64,000 nucleotides of DNA from Candidatus Brocadiia bacterium (GTDB lineage: Bacteria; Planctomycetota; Brocadiia; SM23-32). The DNA is taken from the NCBI GenBank assembly GCA_046538485.1, contig JBKHIT010000008.1:32001-96000 (forward strand). The letters run 5' to 3'. The notes beneath the pieces were generated by a model. The model had not been told where the DNA came from. It did not search any database and worked only from the letters and a program-made list of their open reading frames with translations. Within the stretch, counting starts at the first letter, position 1. Each line of letters begins with the position of its first letter. Position numbers and translations under genes: made by a program. Below are positions 10,985-21,934 of the stretch, one piece after another.

Positions 10985-12136
10985 ATGTCGGCAGATAAGG
11001 TGCGAATTGGCATAGTTGGTGTTGGCGGTATGGGTTCCGGACATTGTAACAGCTGCCAGAAGGTCGATGAGGTGGAACTGACCGGTGTGGCCGATATTGA
11101 CGAAGACCGTGCGAAGGAGATCGGTGAGAAATACGATGTCCCGTATTTCACCTCCCACGAAGAACTCCTGGAGGCGGATCTTGCCGACGCGCTCGTCGTT
11201 GCCACGCCTCATTACTTTCACCCACCCATCGCCATCGATGGTTTCAAAGCGGGCCTTCATGTTCTGAGCGAAAAACCCATCGGCGTGCGCGTTGGATTCG
11301 CCGAGAAAATGGTCGAAGCCGCCGAAGAACACGATAAGATTTTCTGCGTGATGTTCCAGCGCCGTACGGAATCAGCCGTGCGGAAAGCCCGCGAACTCGT
11401 TGAAGCCGGTGAGCTCGGTGAGATCCACCGCACGCTTCTGGTATCACCGGAATTTCGCAGCCAGGCATATTATGATTCAGGGAGCTGGCGCGCCACATGG
11501 GCCGGCGAAGGGGGCGGACCAATGATGAACCAGGCCCCCCACATTATGGACATCTTCATCCTGCTCGGCGGTATGCCCTCCCGGGTCAATGGAACAACAA
11601 AGACCTGGATGCATGACATCGAAGTGGAAGATCATGCGGATGCCACCCTCGAGTATGAAAACGGTGCGACCGGTTATTTCTATGTCTCCACGTGCGAACC
11701 CGGTCCCGGCCAGATCATCCAGGTTTGGGGCGAAAAAGGCAAACTCCAGTTTATCGATGGTCAGCTCAGTTTTGCCCGCTACAAAACCCCTGTGAGTGAA
11801 TTCAGCCGAGAAAATACCGAGATGTGGGGTAAACCGGAGACTGAAATGGTCGACCTGGAACTGCCGGAATGCGATACGGGCCATCACGTGATTCTCAGGA
11901 ACTTTGCCCGATCCATTCTTGAAGGCGAACCTTTGATTTCACCCGGAGAAGTTGGCGTGAACCAACTTGAACTGGCCAACGCCATCGCCCTCTCATCGAA
12001 TAAAGGTGAAGCCGTCGATATCCCGATCGACCGGGAAGCGTTCAACGCCCTGATGGAAGAACTTGCCGCCACCTCAAGTTACGACGAGTCTCAGCAGGAA
12101 GTGCACCGAGAAACTGACCCCCAGTTTGACGCCTGA
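10985..12136 (+). CDS. Gfo/Idh/MocA family oxidoreductase
   Basis: [38 protein letters not shown] before ATG at 10985. Confidence 0.93.
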   Translation: MSADKVRIGIVGVGGMGSGHCNSCQKVDEVELTGVADIDEDRAKEIGEKYDVPYFTSHEELLEADLADALVVATPHYFHPPIAIDGFKAGLHVLSEKPIGVRVGFAEKMVEAAEEHDKIFCVMFQRRTESAVRKARELVEAGELGEIHRTLLVSPEFRSQAYYDSGSWRATWAGEGGGPMMNQAPHIMDIFILLGGMPSRVNGTTKTWMHDIEVEDHADATLEYENGATGYFYVSTCEPGPGQIIQVWGEKGKLQFIDGQLSFARYKTPVSEFSRENTEMWGKPETEMVDLELPECDTGHHVILRNFARSILEGEPLISPGEVGVNQLELANAIALSSNKGEAVDIPIDREAFNALMEELAATSSYDESQQEVHRETDPQFDA

Positions 12137-12185
12137 GACTGTTATTGTTGAAACGGCGTGTCATTTTTTCTGAAGGAGGCCAAAA

Positions 12186-13214
12186 ATGGCTAAAATGAAA
12201 GCCGCAGTATGTCACGAACCATTCGACCTCACCATCGAGGAGGTTGACAAACCTGAGCCGGGCGAGAGCGAAGTCGTCGTGAAGGTAAAAGCTACAGGCG
12301 TCTGCGGATCGGATGTTGACGGCTATATCGGCAAACACCCCTGGATTGACCTGCCCATGATACTCGGACACGAATGCAGCGGCGTTGTGGATACTGTCGG
12401 GCCGGATGTAACGAAATTTGAGCCCGGCGATCCCGTCGTGGTCGAGCCGTTTTTTGTCTGCGGTGAATGTCCGAATTGCCTCAAAGGCGACTACAACATG
12501 TGCCGGGATATCACGATTATCGGGCATCAGGTCGATGGCTCTTTTGCGGAGTATATCCTGATGACAGAAAGGTTTTTGCATCCTCTGCCCGAGGCGGTGA
12601 GTTTTGAGGTAGGGGCGCTGGCCGAACCAATAAGCGGGGCCCTCCATGGCGTCGGGCGATGTAACCTGAACATTGGTGACTTTGTCGTTGTCCTGGGCTG
12701 CGGAACGATCGGTTATTTTTTGGTCCAACATGCGGTTAACAGTGGGGCCAAAGTACTCGTCACGGAACCCGAAGATTACAAAAGAGAGGCCGCCCTGGCC
12801 GTCGGAGCCGAATGGGTTCTCGACCCCACATCCGAATCCGTCGAAGATAAGGTAATGGAAATCAGCGACGGGATAGGTGCCGATTGTGTGATGGAAGCCG
12901 TTGGTATCCAGGAAACAATCGGAAAAACCGTCTCCCTGGCCCGCAAGGGAGGAACCATTCTGCTCATGGGCTGGACCGGCAATGAAACAGACGATTTCGA
13001 CTGCACGAATATGACATTGGACGAAATGACCGTGCTCGGCACGATGGGATTTGCTTTCGATTTCCCCGTTACGCTCGACCTTCTGGCGCGCGATAAAGTC
13101 GATGCCGAACGTATTATCACCCACCGTTTTCCTCTCGATGAAGCCGAGGAAGCCCTCGAAACGCTTCACGAAAAACGGGACAATGTCTGGAAAGCCGCCC
13201 TCATCTTCGATTGA
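12186..13214 (+). CDS. Zn-dependent (MDR) sugar alcohol/threonine dehydrogenase-like
   Basis: GVCGSD, GHE, CGECPNC..C structural Zn site, GCGTIG. Confidence 0.92.
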   Translation: MAKMKAAVCHEPFDLTIEEVDKPEPGESEVVVKVKATGVCGSDVDGYIGKHPWIDLPMILGHECSGVVDTVGPDVTKFEPGDPVVVEPFFVCGECPNCLKGDYNMCRDITIIGHQVDGSFAEYILMTERFLHPLPEAVSFEVGALAEPISGALHGVGRCNLNIGDFVVVLGCGTIGYFLVQHAVNSGAKVLVTEPEDYKREAALAVGAEWVLDPTSESVEDKVMEISDGIGADCVMEAVGIQETIGKTVSLARKGGTILLMGWTGNETDDFDCTNMTLDEMTVLGTMGFAFDFPVTLDLLARDKVDAERIITHRFPLDEAEEALETLHEKRDNVWKAALIFD

Positions 13215-13329
13215 TCTCCCGGCACATTCCGAAGCGCCCGTTTAACGGGCTCTCCGATTGTCCCGGCTTTGTTCCACGCGGCTTGGCCGCCGGATATCCG
13301 GCGTAATTGAGGCAGGCAAACGTTCGGAA

Positions 13330-13470
13330 ATGGCAGGTAGCTGTAGGTCCACATCGCCGAGGCGGAACTGCCGTTGGTCGTTCTGCTGTTTTGCTCCGAG
13401 ACCGAAAGTCCCAACAGACGCGACCGCGTTCTGAACTCCAGCCTCCGGCTGAAGTCCAGTCCGCTCATAT
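13330..13470. repeat. Two adjacent REP-like elements
   Basis: GAGGCGGAACTGCCGTT(G/T)GT.GTTC is shared (reverse complement) with 57890-57950. CGCGTTCTGAACTCCAGCCTCCGGCTGAAGTCCAGTCCGCTC belongs to the 0.3-0.6 kb repeat family. Confidence 0.75.
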
Positions 13471-13587
13471 GCCAGTGCCGATGATAAAAAATCGGCTGCA
13501 CATCGCACTTACAAAAATCTCCGCACGAACGTGCCTTGCCAGCGCAAACCGCTGGCTTTGCAATGCGTGCGGGATAGCGATCATATT

Positions 13588-14451
13588 TTATTTCATAAAC
13601 GGGCTGAACGGGCTGATAAACCATAAGAACAAACCCAGAAGGACCAAAAGAATAAGACAACACCAGCTGGCGTGTCTTCGTTCCCGATCCTCTTTCTGGG
13701 CCTGAGTTTCGACAGGTTCCTCCCGGGACTTCCTCTTTTCTTCTTTCTGCCTTTGCTTCTCACACCGTTGAAGATTTCGATACAGGCAGATGTTCACGGT
13801 GAGGCCAAACGGCACTCCAAGCAAGATCAAGAGCGAAAACCACGCATCTGTCAGCCCGATATGGATATAGCGGAGGAACATCGTCGGGATTAACACAACA
13901 AGGCCGGCGGCGGCAAGAATAACAAGAAGGGCCAGAACCCGCCAGAAATTCGGACGGATCAGCTCCTGGCTACGCTTGAGCGCTCTCCCGGCCCGTCGCC
14001 GGCCAAGAACGCTTTCGCAAGGTCCCAGAATGTATACAACCCCCAGATAGATCCCGGGAATAATCAGCAATAAATATCCGACTGCAATTGCAAGGAGATA
14101 CACCAGAGAGCAGACGAAGTAGTCCCACCAGTACCCCAAACCGCTTTTCAGTGCTTCCAAAACGTTGGGCGTCTTGTTCTCGCGCCGCGCAGCGTCAATT
14201 GCCACGATCAGCGAAGCAGACACCCAACAGAGCAATAATCTCTGGATCAGAAAAACGCCGAATTTGGAGCCGATGCCTGGCCAGTCGCTCACGGGAACGA
14301 TCCTGGAGCTGGCCCGGCCCAACGCATAAATAGCAGCTCCCACCAGTGATATTTTCAGGAGAGTCGCCCAGTGTGTCAGGAATATGGTCACTGCTTCCCG
14401 TATAATCCCTATGACGTCAATCTTACGCGACGGAAACTCTTTTTCGTTCAT
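13588..14451 (-). CDS. Polytopic membrane protein (YciC/GDPD membrane domain-like)
   Basis: Multiple TM segments with LLLIIPGIY and ALKRSQELIRPNFWRVL motifs. Confidence 0.75.
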   Translation of the reverse strand: MNEKEFPSRKIDVIGIIREAVTIFLTHWATLLKISLVGAAIYALGRASSRIVPVSDWPGIGSKFGVFLIQRLLLCWVSASLIVAIDAARRENKTPNVLEALKSGLGYWWDYFVCSLVYLLAIAVGYLLLIIPGIYLGVVYILGPCESVLGRRRAGRALKRSQELIRPNFWRVLALLVILAAAGLVVLIPTMFLRYIHIGLTDAWFSLLILLGVPFGLTVNICLYRNLQRCEKQRQKEEKRKSREEPVETQAQKEDRERRHASWCCLILLVLLGLFLWFISPFSPFMK

Positions 14452-14589
14452 AATAATTCCTGCCCCACAATCTTTGACGATCCTCCGGTAGCATAATATC
14501 CCAAAGCGAAGCCGTTTGAAAATGCAATCGATGCTACCACGCAGGAGTTACAGTCCGATTTCTTAAGCGGTATTTGGGGAATTTGTCAG

Positions 14590-14623
14590 AAAGAAAGCGT
14601 TCTCCGGCGGCTTGCCAGAACGC
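14590..14623 (-). terminator. Rho-independent terminator candidate
   Basis: Minus strand GCGTTCTGGC...GGAGAACGC hairpin followed by TTTCTTT, downstream of the long minus-strand gene run. Confidence 0.55.
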
Positions 14624-14910
14624 CCCTGTTCAGCCTGACGTCCGGGCCAAATAGGTTATTGCGAGGCCGGCGTTCGGCGCGGCGGAGCAATCCTTCTGGG
14701 CCACGGTTGGTTTACCCCATCCGGCTTCTGTTTTTCTTTCAGTCAATCGGTTCCCCTCTGGAGCCAGGCACCCCGATAGCCATGCAATGTGCGTTCGCTC
14801 CTGATCAGCCAGGATGAGAACAGAGCCCCCCGCGGGGGGCGATTCAGACGAGATATTCCCCCTCGCACTTTATCGCGAGTTTACCGAAAGCGCCCCATAT
14901 TGCGGGCAGC

Positions 14911-15837
14911 CTACGGCGCTTCCTTCGGGCAGTAAAGATTAACGTACCGCATTTCGCTGTCCCTCTCCAGTATCAGATCGGCTCGTTCGCGGGTCGACGC
15001 GCACAATTCGTAATTGGGCCTGTCAACCCGCTCGAAATGTCGACGCGCATCCTCAGGATCCCGGCCGCCGCGGATGTGCCGCTGGATGATCCTGGATTTG
15101 ATTGCCTCAAAAGGGGTATCAAGAAAAAGCGACACATCAAGATAATCGGCCACAGAAGCCCATTCCTCACCCCCGAACAGCAAAAAATTGCCTTCCACAA
15201 GGGCAATCGAATGCTCCGGTCGGACGGGAACGCGGGAACGGACGGGTTCATGCAGCTCACGGTCGTAAGCGGGGACATCAATGGAATCCCCCTTCGAAAC
15301 TTCTCGCAAAACATTTACGAACGACCGAACATCGAATGTTTCAGGCCTGCCCTTAAGTTCCTGCAGCCCGTGCTCGGCAAGCCATTCATTGGAACGATGA
15401 AATCCGTCTAATGACATCATAGCGACGGCATCATCTGAACCAAGCAACACATCGATAACGCGTTTGAGGAGTGAACAAAAAACAGATTTGCCTCCGCCCG
15501 GTGGGCCTGCAATCCCCACCAACCTGCGGCCCGGATTGGCGTCAATGTTGCACAAACCGAGAGCCAGAGGAAGAATAAAACGCCACATCTCAACACGGGT
15601 CGTTTTGCATTCGATCTCGCGCCCATCCACATCCATTCGGCACGATGGGCAGAACTTTTCAACGCGTGGGAAGCCGTCCAGCAGGCTTTTGTCCGATGGG
15701 GAAACGATGAGGGGCGCCCGGGCAAGCACTTTCAGTGTCCGCCGAAGGTTAATATCATTCAAAACTTTCGATTTGAGTTTCCCGGAAAGCTCACCTCCAT
15801 CGGCCAGCATTTTCAGGCGAGACCCCAGCTGCGTCAT
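14911..15837 (-). CDS. Nucleoside/pantothenate kinase-like P-loop protein (YggC/FrcK-like)
   Basis: GIAGPPGGGKS, SLDGFH, KGRPETFD, VEGNFLL. Start uncertain. Confidence 0.8.
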   Translation of the reverse strand: MTQLGSRLKMLADGGELSGKLKSKVLNDINLRRTLKVLARAPLIVSPSDKSLLDGFPRVEKFCPSCRMDVDGREIECKTTRVEMWRFILPLALGLCNIDANPGRRLVGIAGPPGGGKSVFCSLLKRVIDVLLGSDDAVAMMSLDGFHRSNEWLAEHGLQELKGRPETFDVRSFVNVLREVSKGDSIDVPAYDRELHEPVRSRVPVRPEHSIALVEGNFLLFGGEEWASVADYLDVSLFLDTPFEAIKSRIIQRHIRGGRDPEDARRHFERVDRPNYELCASTRERADLILERDSEMRYVNLYCPKEAP

Positions 15838-15877
15838 ACGTTTGACTCCCAAAAACCAGAACGATTTCTCGCGTGGT

Positions 15878-16954
15878 TTAATCCCGGGACAGCAGTTCGT
15901 CGGCCGTGTCGGGGTCGAGATTTTTTGCAATTTCGGTCAGCAATTCCAGCGTCGCATCGAAATCATCTACGTGGATGATGCCTGCGTGGCTGTGGATGTA
16001 GCGGGTGGGAATCCCCAGCACCACGCTGGCAACGCCTCTTGAATGGAGCTGGACCGCCCGCGCATCAGTCGCTCCCCCTTCAATGAGACTCAGCTGATGC
16101 GGGATTTCTTTCTCCTCTGCGATTTCCAGGACAAAATCGCGGAATCGTTTATGGGAAATCGTCCCGGCATCCAGCATATACAAAATTGGTCCCTTCCCGA
16201 GCTCTACTTTCGCCTCGTTTTCAATGCCCGGCACGTCGGTGGCAATTCCCACATCAAGCACGACACAGAAATCGGGATCGACCACGTCCGCCGATGTCTC
16301 GGCCCCGCGCGTCCCCACTTCCTCCTGGACCGTGCCGACACCGCAGACGGTATTGGGGTGCTCGATTTCCTGGAGATCTTTCAGCAGCTCAATCATGAGT
16401 GCGCAGCCGACCCGGTCGTCCCAGGCTTTCCCCAGGAGATAATTCTCATTCGCCATCTGACAGAATTGCTGCCGCGGGATGACAGGGTCGCCAATACGCA
16501 CACCCCGCTCCTCGGCATCCTTTTTGTCCCTCGCTCCCACGTCGATAAACATTTGTTTCTTCTTGATAAGCTTTTCGCGGTCCTCTTTGGGCATCATATG
16601 AGGCGGGGTACATCCGATAACACCCGGAATTTTGCCGTTGCGCGTGTGAACGACCACGTCGTGGCTCAACATGACCTGTTCGAGCCACCCGCCGAGCGTT
16701 GCAAACCGCAGACACCCGGTTTCGTCGATATCCTTAACAACAAACCCCACTTCGTCCATATGGGCCGGAATCATAATGGACGGTTTGTCCTCGGTGCCTC
16801 TTTTACGACAGACCAGGCTGCCGAGATTGTCATTTTCGAATTCTACGGCACCTTTCAGCTCGGATTTGACACGGTTTCGCACCTCCGTCTCGAAACCCGA
16901 AACACCGTCCATTTCACTGAGTGTTTTGAGCAATTCGAGTGTGCTATCCTTCAT
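15878..16954 (-). CDS. M42 family metallo-aminopeptidase
   Basis: AHMDEVG, KAWDDRVG, QEEVGTRGA, GATDA, RYIHS. Confidence 0.95.
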   Translation of the reverse strand: MKDSTLELLKTLSEMDGVSGFETEVRNRVKSELKGAVEFENDNLGSLVCRKRGTEDKPSIMIPAHMDEVGFVVKDIDETGCLRFATLGGWLEQVMLSHDVVVHTRNGKIPGVIGCTPPHMMPKEDREKLIKKKQMFIDVGARDKKDAEERGVRIGDPVIPRQQFCQMANENYLLGKAWDDRVGCALMIELLKDLQEIEHPNTVCGVGTVQEEVGTRGAETSADVVDPDFCVVLDVGIATDVPGIENEAKVELGKGPILYMLDAGTISHKRFRDFVLEIAEEKEIPHQLSLIEGGATDARAVQLHSRGVASVVLGIPTRYIHSHAGIIHVDDFDATLELLTEIAKNLDPDTADELLSRD

Positions 16955-17188
16955 TATTTCTTCTCCTGCGGCAAAAAAAAAGGTCAGTATCCCACAACCT
17001 GTTCTGTAAACTCGTCGGGGACTACGTCCGGTGAGTCGCGCTATTATAAGACCCGTTGCGGCAATGTAAAATGCTTATCAGTAAATTGGCAGCAACCGGT
17101 TCTTGGGGACAAAAAGGCAAATCTTGAGCCGCGCGCAACGTGAACGGTCTCAGTATCGCTCCATTATCGCAAGCCTGGAAAACATTTT

Positions 17189-18655
17189 TTATGTTTCTTC
17201 CAGGTAGGGATTTTCCCCGTCGAGAAAGTGAATTTTCAGCATGTCTGTGCCGCCCGGGGTATTTGTTGATGCGCCGGCGATACAGACCATCGTATCTCCT
17301 ATCTCGGCCATACCCAGTTCCAACAACCGAGCTTCCCCCCGCTCGATCATCTCATCGGTGTTTCCGAAGATGGAAAACAATACCGGATGCACGCCCCAGA
17401 CAAGACTCATACGACGAAATGTCGTTTCCTCGGGAGTCAGAGCGTAGATCGGCTGCGAAGGCCTTTGCTGGGAGACAAACTGTGCCGTCCTGCCCGTTAT
17501 GGTAAAAGCAACGATACCCTCTGCATTGATTTTTGTCGAAACATTCCGTGCCGCTTGTGCAAGAGCAAACTGCTGGGCCGTATCACTTTCGTCCCTTTCC
17601 AGTTCGTCAAAATCGCACTGAACTTCCTCCAATGCTTCCGCCTTCTCAGCAATGCGTGCCATAACACGAATCGTGACCACAGGGCGGTCCCCTATCGCGG
17701 TCTCACCACTCAACATAACGGCGTCGGTGCCGTCCAAAATGGCATTGGCCACATCCGTTGCCTCGGCCCGCGTCGGACGGTTCTGGTGAATCATCGATTC
17801 CAGCATCTGCGTCGCTGTGATAACCGGGACGCCGTGCAGATTTGCACGGCGGATGATTTGTTTTTGGACGATAGGGACTGTTTCGATCGGCATCTCAATA
17901 CCCAGATCGCCCCTCGCCACCATGACCCCGTCGGCAACGCCCAGTATGTCGTCCAATTCTTCGACAGCTTCCGGACGTTCGATCTTCGCCACGATTGGAA
18001 TCGGCCCGATGTTCTCGGATTCCATGTGCTGGCGAAGGCGCTCAATATCCTCGGCTCGTCGTACAAAACTCAATGCCACATAATCAACGTGGTGGTCACG
18101 AGCAAACTGCAGGTCTTCCAGGTCTTTCTCGGTCGGTGGCGAGACCGAAAGATCGACATCGGGCAGGTTCATGCCTTCATGGGGGCCCAGTCTTCCCCCT
18201 TCAACGACGCGGCAAGTCACGGCGGGAGGATTCACTTCCGTTACTTCCAGCTCAATAAATCCATCCCGCAAAAGAATCCGATCACCAACTTCCGCGTCCT
18301 CAGCCAGATCCTCGTAGATGGTGGCAATTCTCTCAGCGGTCCCCTCAAAGTCTCCGGATTCGATCGTTACTGAACTGTTTGCTTCGAGTTCGACATACTC
18401 ACTGTGCAGTTCACCGGTGCGGATTCTGGGGCCCTGCAGATCCTGCATAACAGCGATTGGACGGTTTTCTTCCTCTGCCGCATCGCGGATTTTTTCCAGC
18501 ATTTCGGCATGCCACTGGCGTGTTCCGTGGGAAAAATTGAGCCGGAACACAGCTGCGCCCGCTTTTATCATCTGCCTGAGGACGGCCGTCGATTCGCAGG
18601 CCGGTCCAACGGTAGCAACAATTTTCGTGCGTCGCCCCTGTTTTTTCTGAACCAT
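17189..18655 (-). CDS. pyk: Pyruvate kinase
   Basis: RRTKIVATVGP, RLNFSHG, AKIE, MVARGDLG, DAVMLSGETA. Confidence 0.98.
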   Translation of the reverse strand: MVQKKQGRRTKIVATVGPACESTAVLRQMIKAGAAVFRLNFSHGTRQWHAEMLEKIRDAAEEENRPIAVMQDLQGPRIRTGELHSEYVELEANSSVTIESGDFEGTAERIATIYEDLAEDAEVGDRILLRDGFIELEVTEVNPPAVTCRVVEGGRLGPHEGMNLPDVDLSVSPPTEKDLEDLQFARDHHVDYVALSFVRRAEDIERLRQHMESENIGPIPIVAKIERPEAVEELDDILGVADGVMVARGDLGIEMPIETVPIVQKQIIRRANLHGVPVITATQMLESMIHQNRPTRAEATDVANAILDGTDAVMLSGETAIGDRPVVTIRVMARIAEKAEALEEVQCDFDELERDESDTAQQFALAQAARNVSTKINAEGIVAFTITGRTAQFVSQQRPSQPIYALTPEETTFRRMSLVWGVHPVLFSIFGNTDEMIERGEARLLELGMAEIGDTMVCIAGASTNTPGGTDMLKIHFLDGENPYLEET

Positions 18656-18656
18656 T

Positions 18657-19910
18657 CTATTTCTCAATTTTGCTGGACAAGAACTGGATAGCGCGATCCC
18701 ATTGATCTTTGCGGGCACGTTCCAGTTTCTCTCGCCATTTTTTTGCCGCTTCTAAACTTTGTTCCTGGGATGGAGGAGCAATTTCTCCTACAACGATATC
18801 CGGCTCAATGCCGTCGCCGATGGTCCTGTTCTTACCCGCGGTATAATGGGCAACCGTCAACATCATACCGGAACCATCGGGAAGGACAAAAATCCGGTTG
18901 ACCGCTCCCTTGCCGAAAGTTTTCGCCCCGATCAACGTCGCACGGCCGTGATCCTGAAGCGCCCCGCCCATTACTTCCGAAGCACTGGCGCTCCGATTAT
19001 TGACCAGAATGGCTATGGGAATCTCATCCGTAACCATAGTCTCACTGGAAGCTTTGAACGTTTTCGTCTCGTCACTCACCCGGCTGTCCAGGCTGGCAAT
19101 TACGCCGCTACTGAGAAACAGATCGCAGATATCAACCGCCGCGCTGAGCAAACCACCGCTGTTACCACGCAGATCGATCAGAATGGCTCCCCACTTTTCT
19201 GCTTTCTTAAAATCTCTCAGAGCCTTTTTTACATCTTCCACGCAATGTTCATCAAATTGCTTCAGCTCGATATAACCGATTCCCTTTTCAAGCATGCGCG
19301 ATTTAACGCTATCGACCCGGATTTTTTCGCGCTTCAGGGAAACGACTTCTTCCTTTCCTTTTTCGACGCGGCGAATATTGAGCGTCAGTTCTGTCCCAAC
19401 TTTCCCACGAATCCTGGCAATCATCTCCTCAAAACTCATCTCAGATGTGGATTGGCCATTGACACCAATAATGGCATCGCCTACCTGTATGTTGGCTTTT
19501 TCAGCGGGGCTCTCGGGCTGGGTTTCCATCACGACTCCGCCACCGTTCTGCGGAGTCACGATAATGCCTATACCCCCGAATTCGCCTTCTGTGATAACCT
19601 CACTGTTTCTGACCTGGAAATCGCTCAGGTACGCGCTGAACGGATCGTTGAGGCTCTGAACCATGCCTCGCATTGCCGCTTCATAAAGCTCATCCTGGGC
19701 GGTTTCTCCAGCGTAATGGCGTGGGATGGTTTTGAGAGCGGTGCTGAAAGCCGTTGCCTTCTTCTCGAGTTCTGAAGAGGGGGTCCTGACCAAAATGAGA
19801 CGAACTATCAGCCCCAGAGACAGGAAGGCCAGCAGCAAACTGAGCAGCGGAAGGTGGCGGTAACGGGAAACTCCCCCTTCCGATTGTGGATCATCCGACA
19901 TGGGCCTCAT
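18657..19910 (-). CDS. S41 family C-terminal processing peptidase (CtpA-like)
   Basis: N-terminal TM, PDZ (GGIGI), DLRGNSGG, SASASE, TFGKG. Confidence 0.92.
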   Translation of the reverse strand: MRPMSDDPQSEGGVSRYRHLPLLSLLLAFLSLGLIVRLILVRTPSSELEKKATAFSTALKTIPRHYAGETAQDELYEAAMRGMVQSLNDPFSAYLSDFQVRNSEVITEGEFGGIGIIVTPQNGGGVVMETQPESPAEKANIQVGDAIIGVNGQSTSEMSFEEMIARIRGKVGTELTLNIRRVEKGKEEVVSLKREKIRVDSVKSRMLEKGIGYIELKQFDEHCVEDVKKALRDFKKAEKWGAILIDLRGNSGGLLSAAVDICDLFLSSGVIASLDSRVSDETKTFKASSETMVTDEIPIAILVNNRSASASEVMGGALQDHGRATLIGAKTFGKGAVNRIFVLPDGSGMMLTVAHYTAGKNRTIGDGIEPDIVVGEIAPPSQEQSLEAAKKWREKLERARKDQWDRAIQFLSSKIEK

Positions 19911-20617
19911 CCATCAGGAGTCTCGGGAACGTGGGAATAATCCTGCCCGGAGAAAAGGACTCGGCTCAACCGAGCACCATCCTCTCGGTTGATCACGTAG
20001 AGCTCGTAAGATCCTTTCTGCAATTCGATCCCGCTTTCACCGGCAAGTTCGAGCCAATGCCACCATTTCTTCGTCCCGTCGGTTACCATAAAGCTCTGTC
20101 CCTTTTCCTCTGTTTTTTCCCGGAGTGAGAAATCGAAAGAATTCGCGCAGGAATCTTCCCACCAGACTCTAACCCAGGGGTAATACGTCCCGGATTCTTC
20201 GACTTCAAAGGTGTATTTCGCTTTGTGAACCGCAGGATCATCACCTTCGCCGCATGTGTTGTCTTTGACATAGACAAATTCCACCGTGGCCTGCGTCCCC
20301 TCCGGGGTAAGTTCGTCCTTATTATCGTCCGCTTTCGCGATTTCCATTTTCCCGTGGAGGGATTCGGCATCGGCCGCCTTGATAAGAATTCTGGAAGACG
20401 GCTGGAATTGATCCCATCCTGAGAGATCCGGGGCGTCGCTGTTATTTTTTTCCCCGGGAGCGTTCTCATTGCCAGAAAGATCTGCCACCGCATTACCCCC
20501 GTTCCTGTCAGTACTCGGGCCCCCTGTGAAAGCCAGCACAAACACCACAATAATAACAGCAACAATCCCCCCAAGGGTGACCGGTGAAAAACTCTTATTA
20601 TTTCCTCGCTCGGACAT
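19907..20617 (-). CDS. Membrane-anchored hypothetical protein with CBM-like beta-sandwich
   Basis: TM, linker, then YTFEVEESGTYYPWVRVWW..NREDGARL. GGAG RBS before MSERG. Its stop overlaps the next start. Confidence 0.7.
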   Translation of the reverse strand: MSERGNNKSFSPVTLGGIVAVIIVVFVLAFTGGPSTDRNGGNAVADLSGNENAPGEKNNSDAPDLSGWDQFQPSSRILIKAADAESLHGKMEIAKADDNKDELTPEGTQATVEFVYVKDNTCGEGDDPAVHKAKYTFEVEESGTYYPWVRVWWEDSCANSFDFSLREKTEEKGQSFMVTDGTKKWWHWLELAGESGIELQKGSYELYVINREDGARLSRVLFSGQDYSHVPETPDG

Positions 20618-20879
20618 CTCAACATCTCCCGGCGTTCTGTGGATCCAGCATGAATTCAGAAAATAAACTCCCCCGAGATTCGGCATCCAATCTATAATAA
20701 TGTTACCAGACCCACCAGCAGGGGGCAAACGCCGTCCTGCAAGCAAGAACGCCGCGTATCTACACATTCATGGTATTTCTTTGATGAGGAAACTATCAGC
20801 CGCCATAGTCCTCACTTACCCACATGCCGAGGGCCCCGCGGCGTAAAAAATGGCCTCTGGGAGAGATGAAGGCAGACGA

Positions 20880-21647
20880 TCACCAGTAAATCCCATAGGA
20901 CGTACCCGCGCCAAAGCGGAACCGTAGTTGTACCTCGGAGTGGTTCTTCCACTCGGCGTGAAGATCGGCGTAGAGGTAATTCGCCCCCAGGTCCTTCCTG
21001 TGCATCGGCAGGCGTCCGGCGAACCAAAAACGGTTCAGGTACGGGGTCGGACAACGGTACGTGCCGTTCTTATCCGGCGGCACAGAATAACCATCGTAAG
21101 CAATCGGTTGTTGTGTCGCCCGTTCAATGAAAGCCCCACCGAAGGTATCCCCCAGCATCCTGAAACTCGGAAGCGGACGCGCCGCTCCCCCCCGCATGCG
21201 CCACCCGTAGAACTCCGCGCTCATCCCGTGGTCGGGACCGTGTCCCAGAATGGTATAGTAAGATGACATCACCGCACCGTTCCCCCGGAGCCCTCCTATG
21301 GGGTCCCCCATATCATTGCTCGCAGTGTGGGTCGGCTCGGTATCCGTCGGGCACCGGAATACCTCATCACTGCTGAAATAGCTGTCAAGGGGCTGATAGC
21401 TGGTGGGAGAATTGCAGCTGCGGTATCCGGCCGGCGCCTGGACGGGGTTCGCAAGGTACGGCCCCCAGCTATTATAATCGTCAGAATATGCCATCTGCCC
21501 CAGGCCCATCTGGTGAAGGTTGCTGAGGCATGCGGCGCGATATGCACTCCGACGCGCCTTCTCAAGGGCCGGCATAAGGAGCGCCGCCAATATAGCTATA
21601 ATGGCAATAACCACCAACAACTCGATCAGAGTGAAACCTCGCGTCAT
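20880..21647 (-). CDS. Prepilin-type N-terminal cleavage/methylation domain protein (DUF1559-like)
   Basis: [62 protein letters not shown] before ATG at 21647. Confidence 0.9.
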   Translation of the reverse strand: MTRGFTLIELLVVIAIIAILAALLMPALEKARRSAYRAACLSNLHQMGLGQMAYSDDYNSWGPYLANPVQAPAGYRSCNSPTSYQPLDSYFSSDEVFRCPTDTEPTHTASNDMGDPIGGLRGNGAVMSSYYTILGHGPDHGMSAEFYGWRMRGGAARPLPSFRMLGDTFGGAFIERATQQPIAYDGYSVPPDKNGTYRCPTPYLNRFWFAGRLPMHRKDLGANYLYADLHAEWKNHSEVQLRFRFGAGTSYGIYW

Positions 21648-21853
21648 CGCGTTCCTCCCAATACCCTCCCTGCTATGCAACATATTGTCCGCCCGTGTGC
21701 CGAACCCGCAGAACACGGCTTCCAGTACCAGAGATACCCCTCCCAAAAGCGTCTATTTCGCGTAATCAAGTCCTGCCTCGGGATGATCATCATGATGCAC
21801 AGTCCCTTCGAATTTGTCAAACGTTCTTTTTCCTTACCACAGGGCAAAAGGCT

Positions 21854-21882
21854 TTGAAAATGCACTCAAACACCCATATTAT
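21854..21882 (+). promoter_or_regulatory. sigma70-type promoter candidate for the AKR gene
   Basis: TTGAAA-N17-TATTAT. Confidence 0.5.
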
Positions 21883-21934
21883 ACGGTAGGAGTTACCGTG
21901 CATTTACCTCAACGATCGAACTGGAGGAAGCACC

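Noticed and set aside
14630..14910. ncRNA or riboswitch in the intergenic gap
   Set aside because: Only REP-like half palindromes were found, with no recognisable riboswitch, SRP or RNase P motif.
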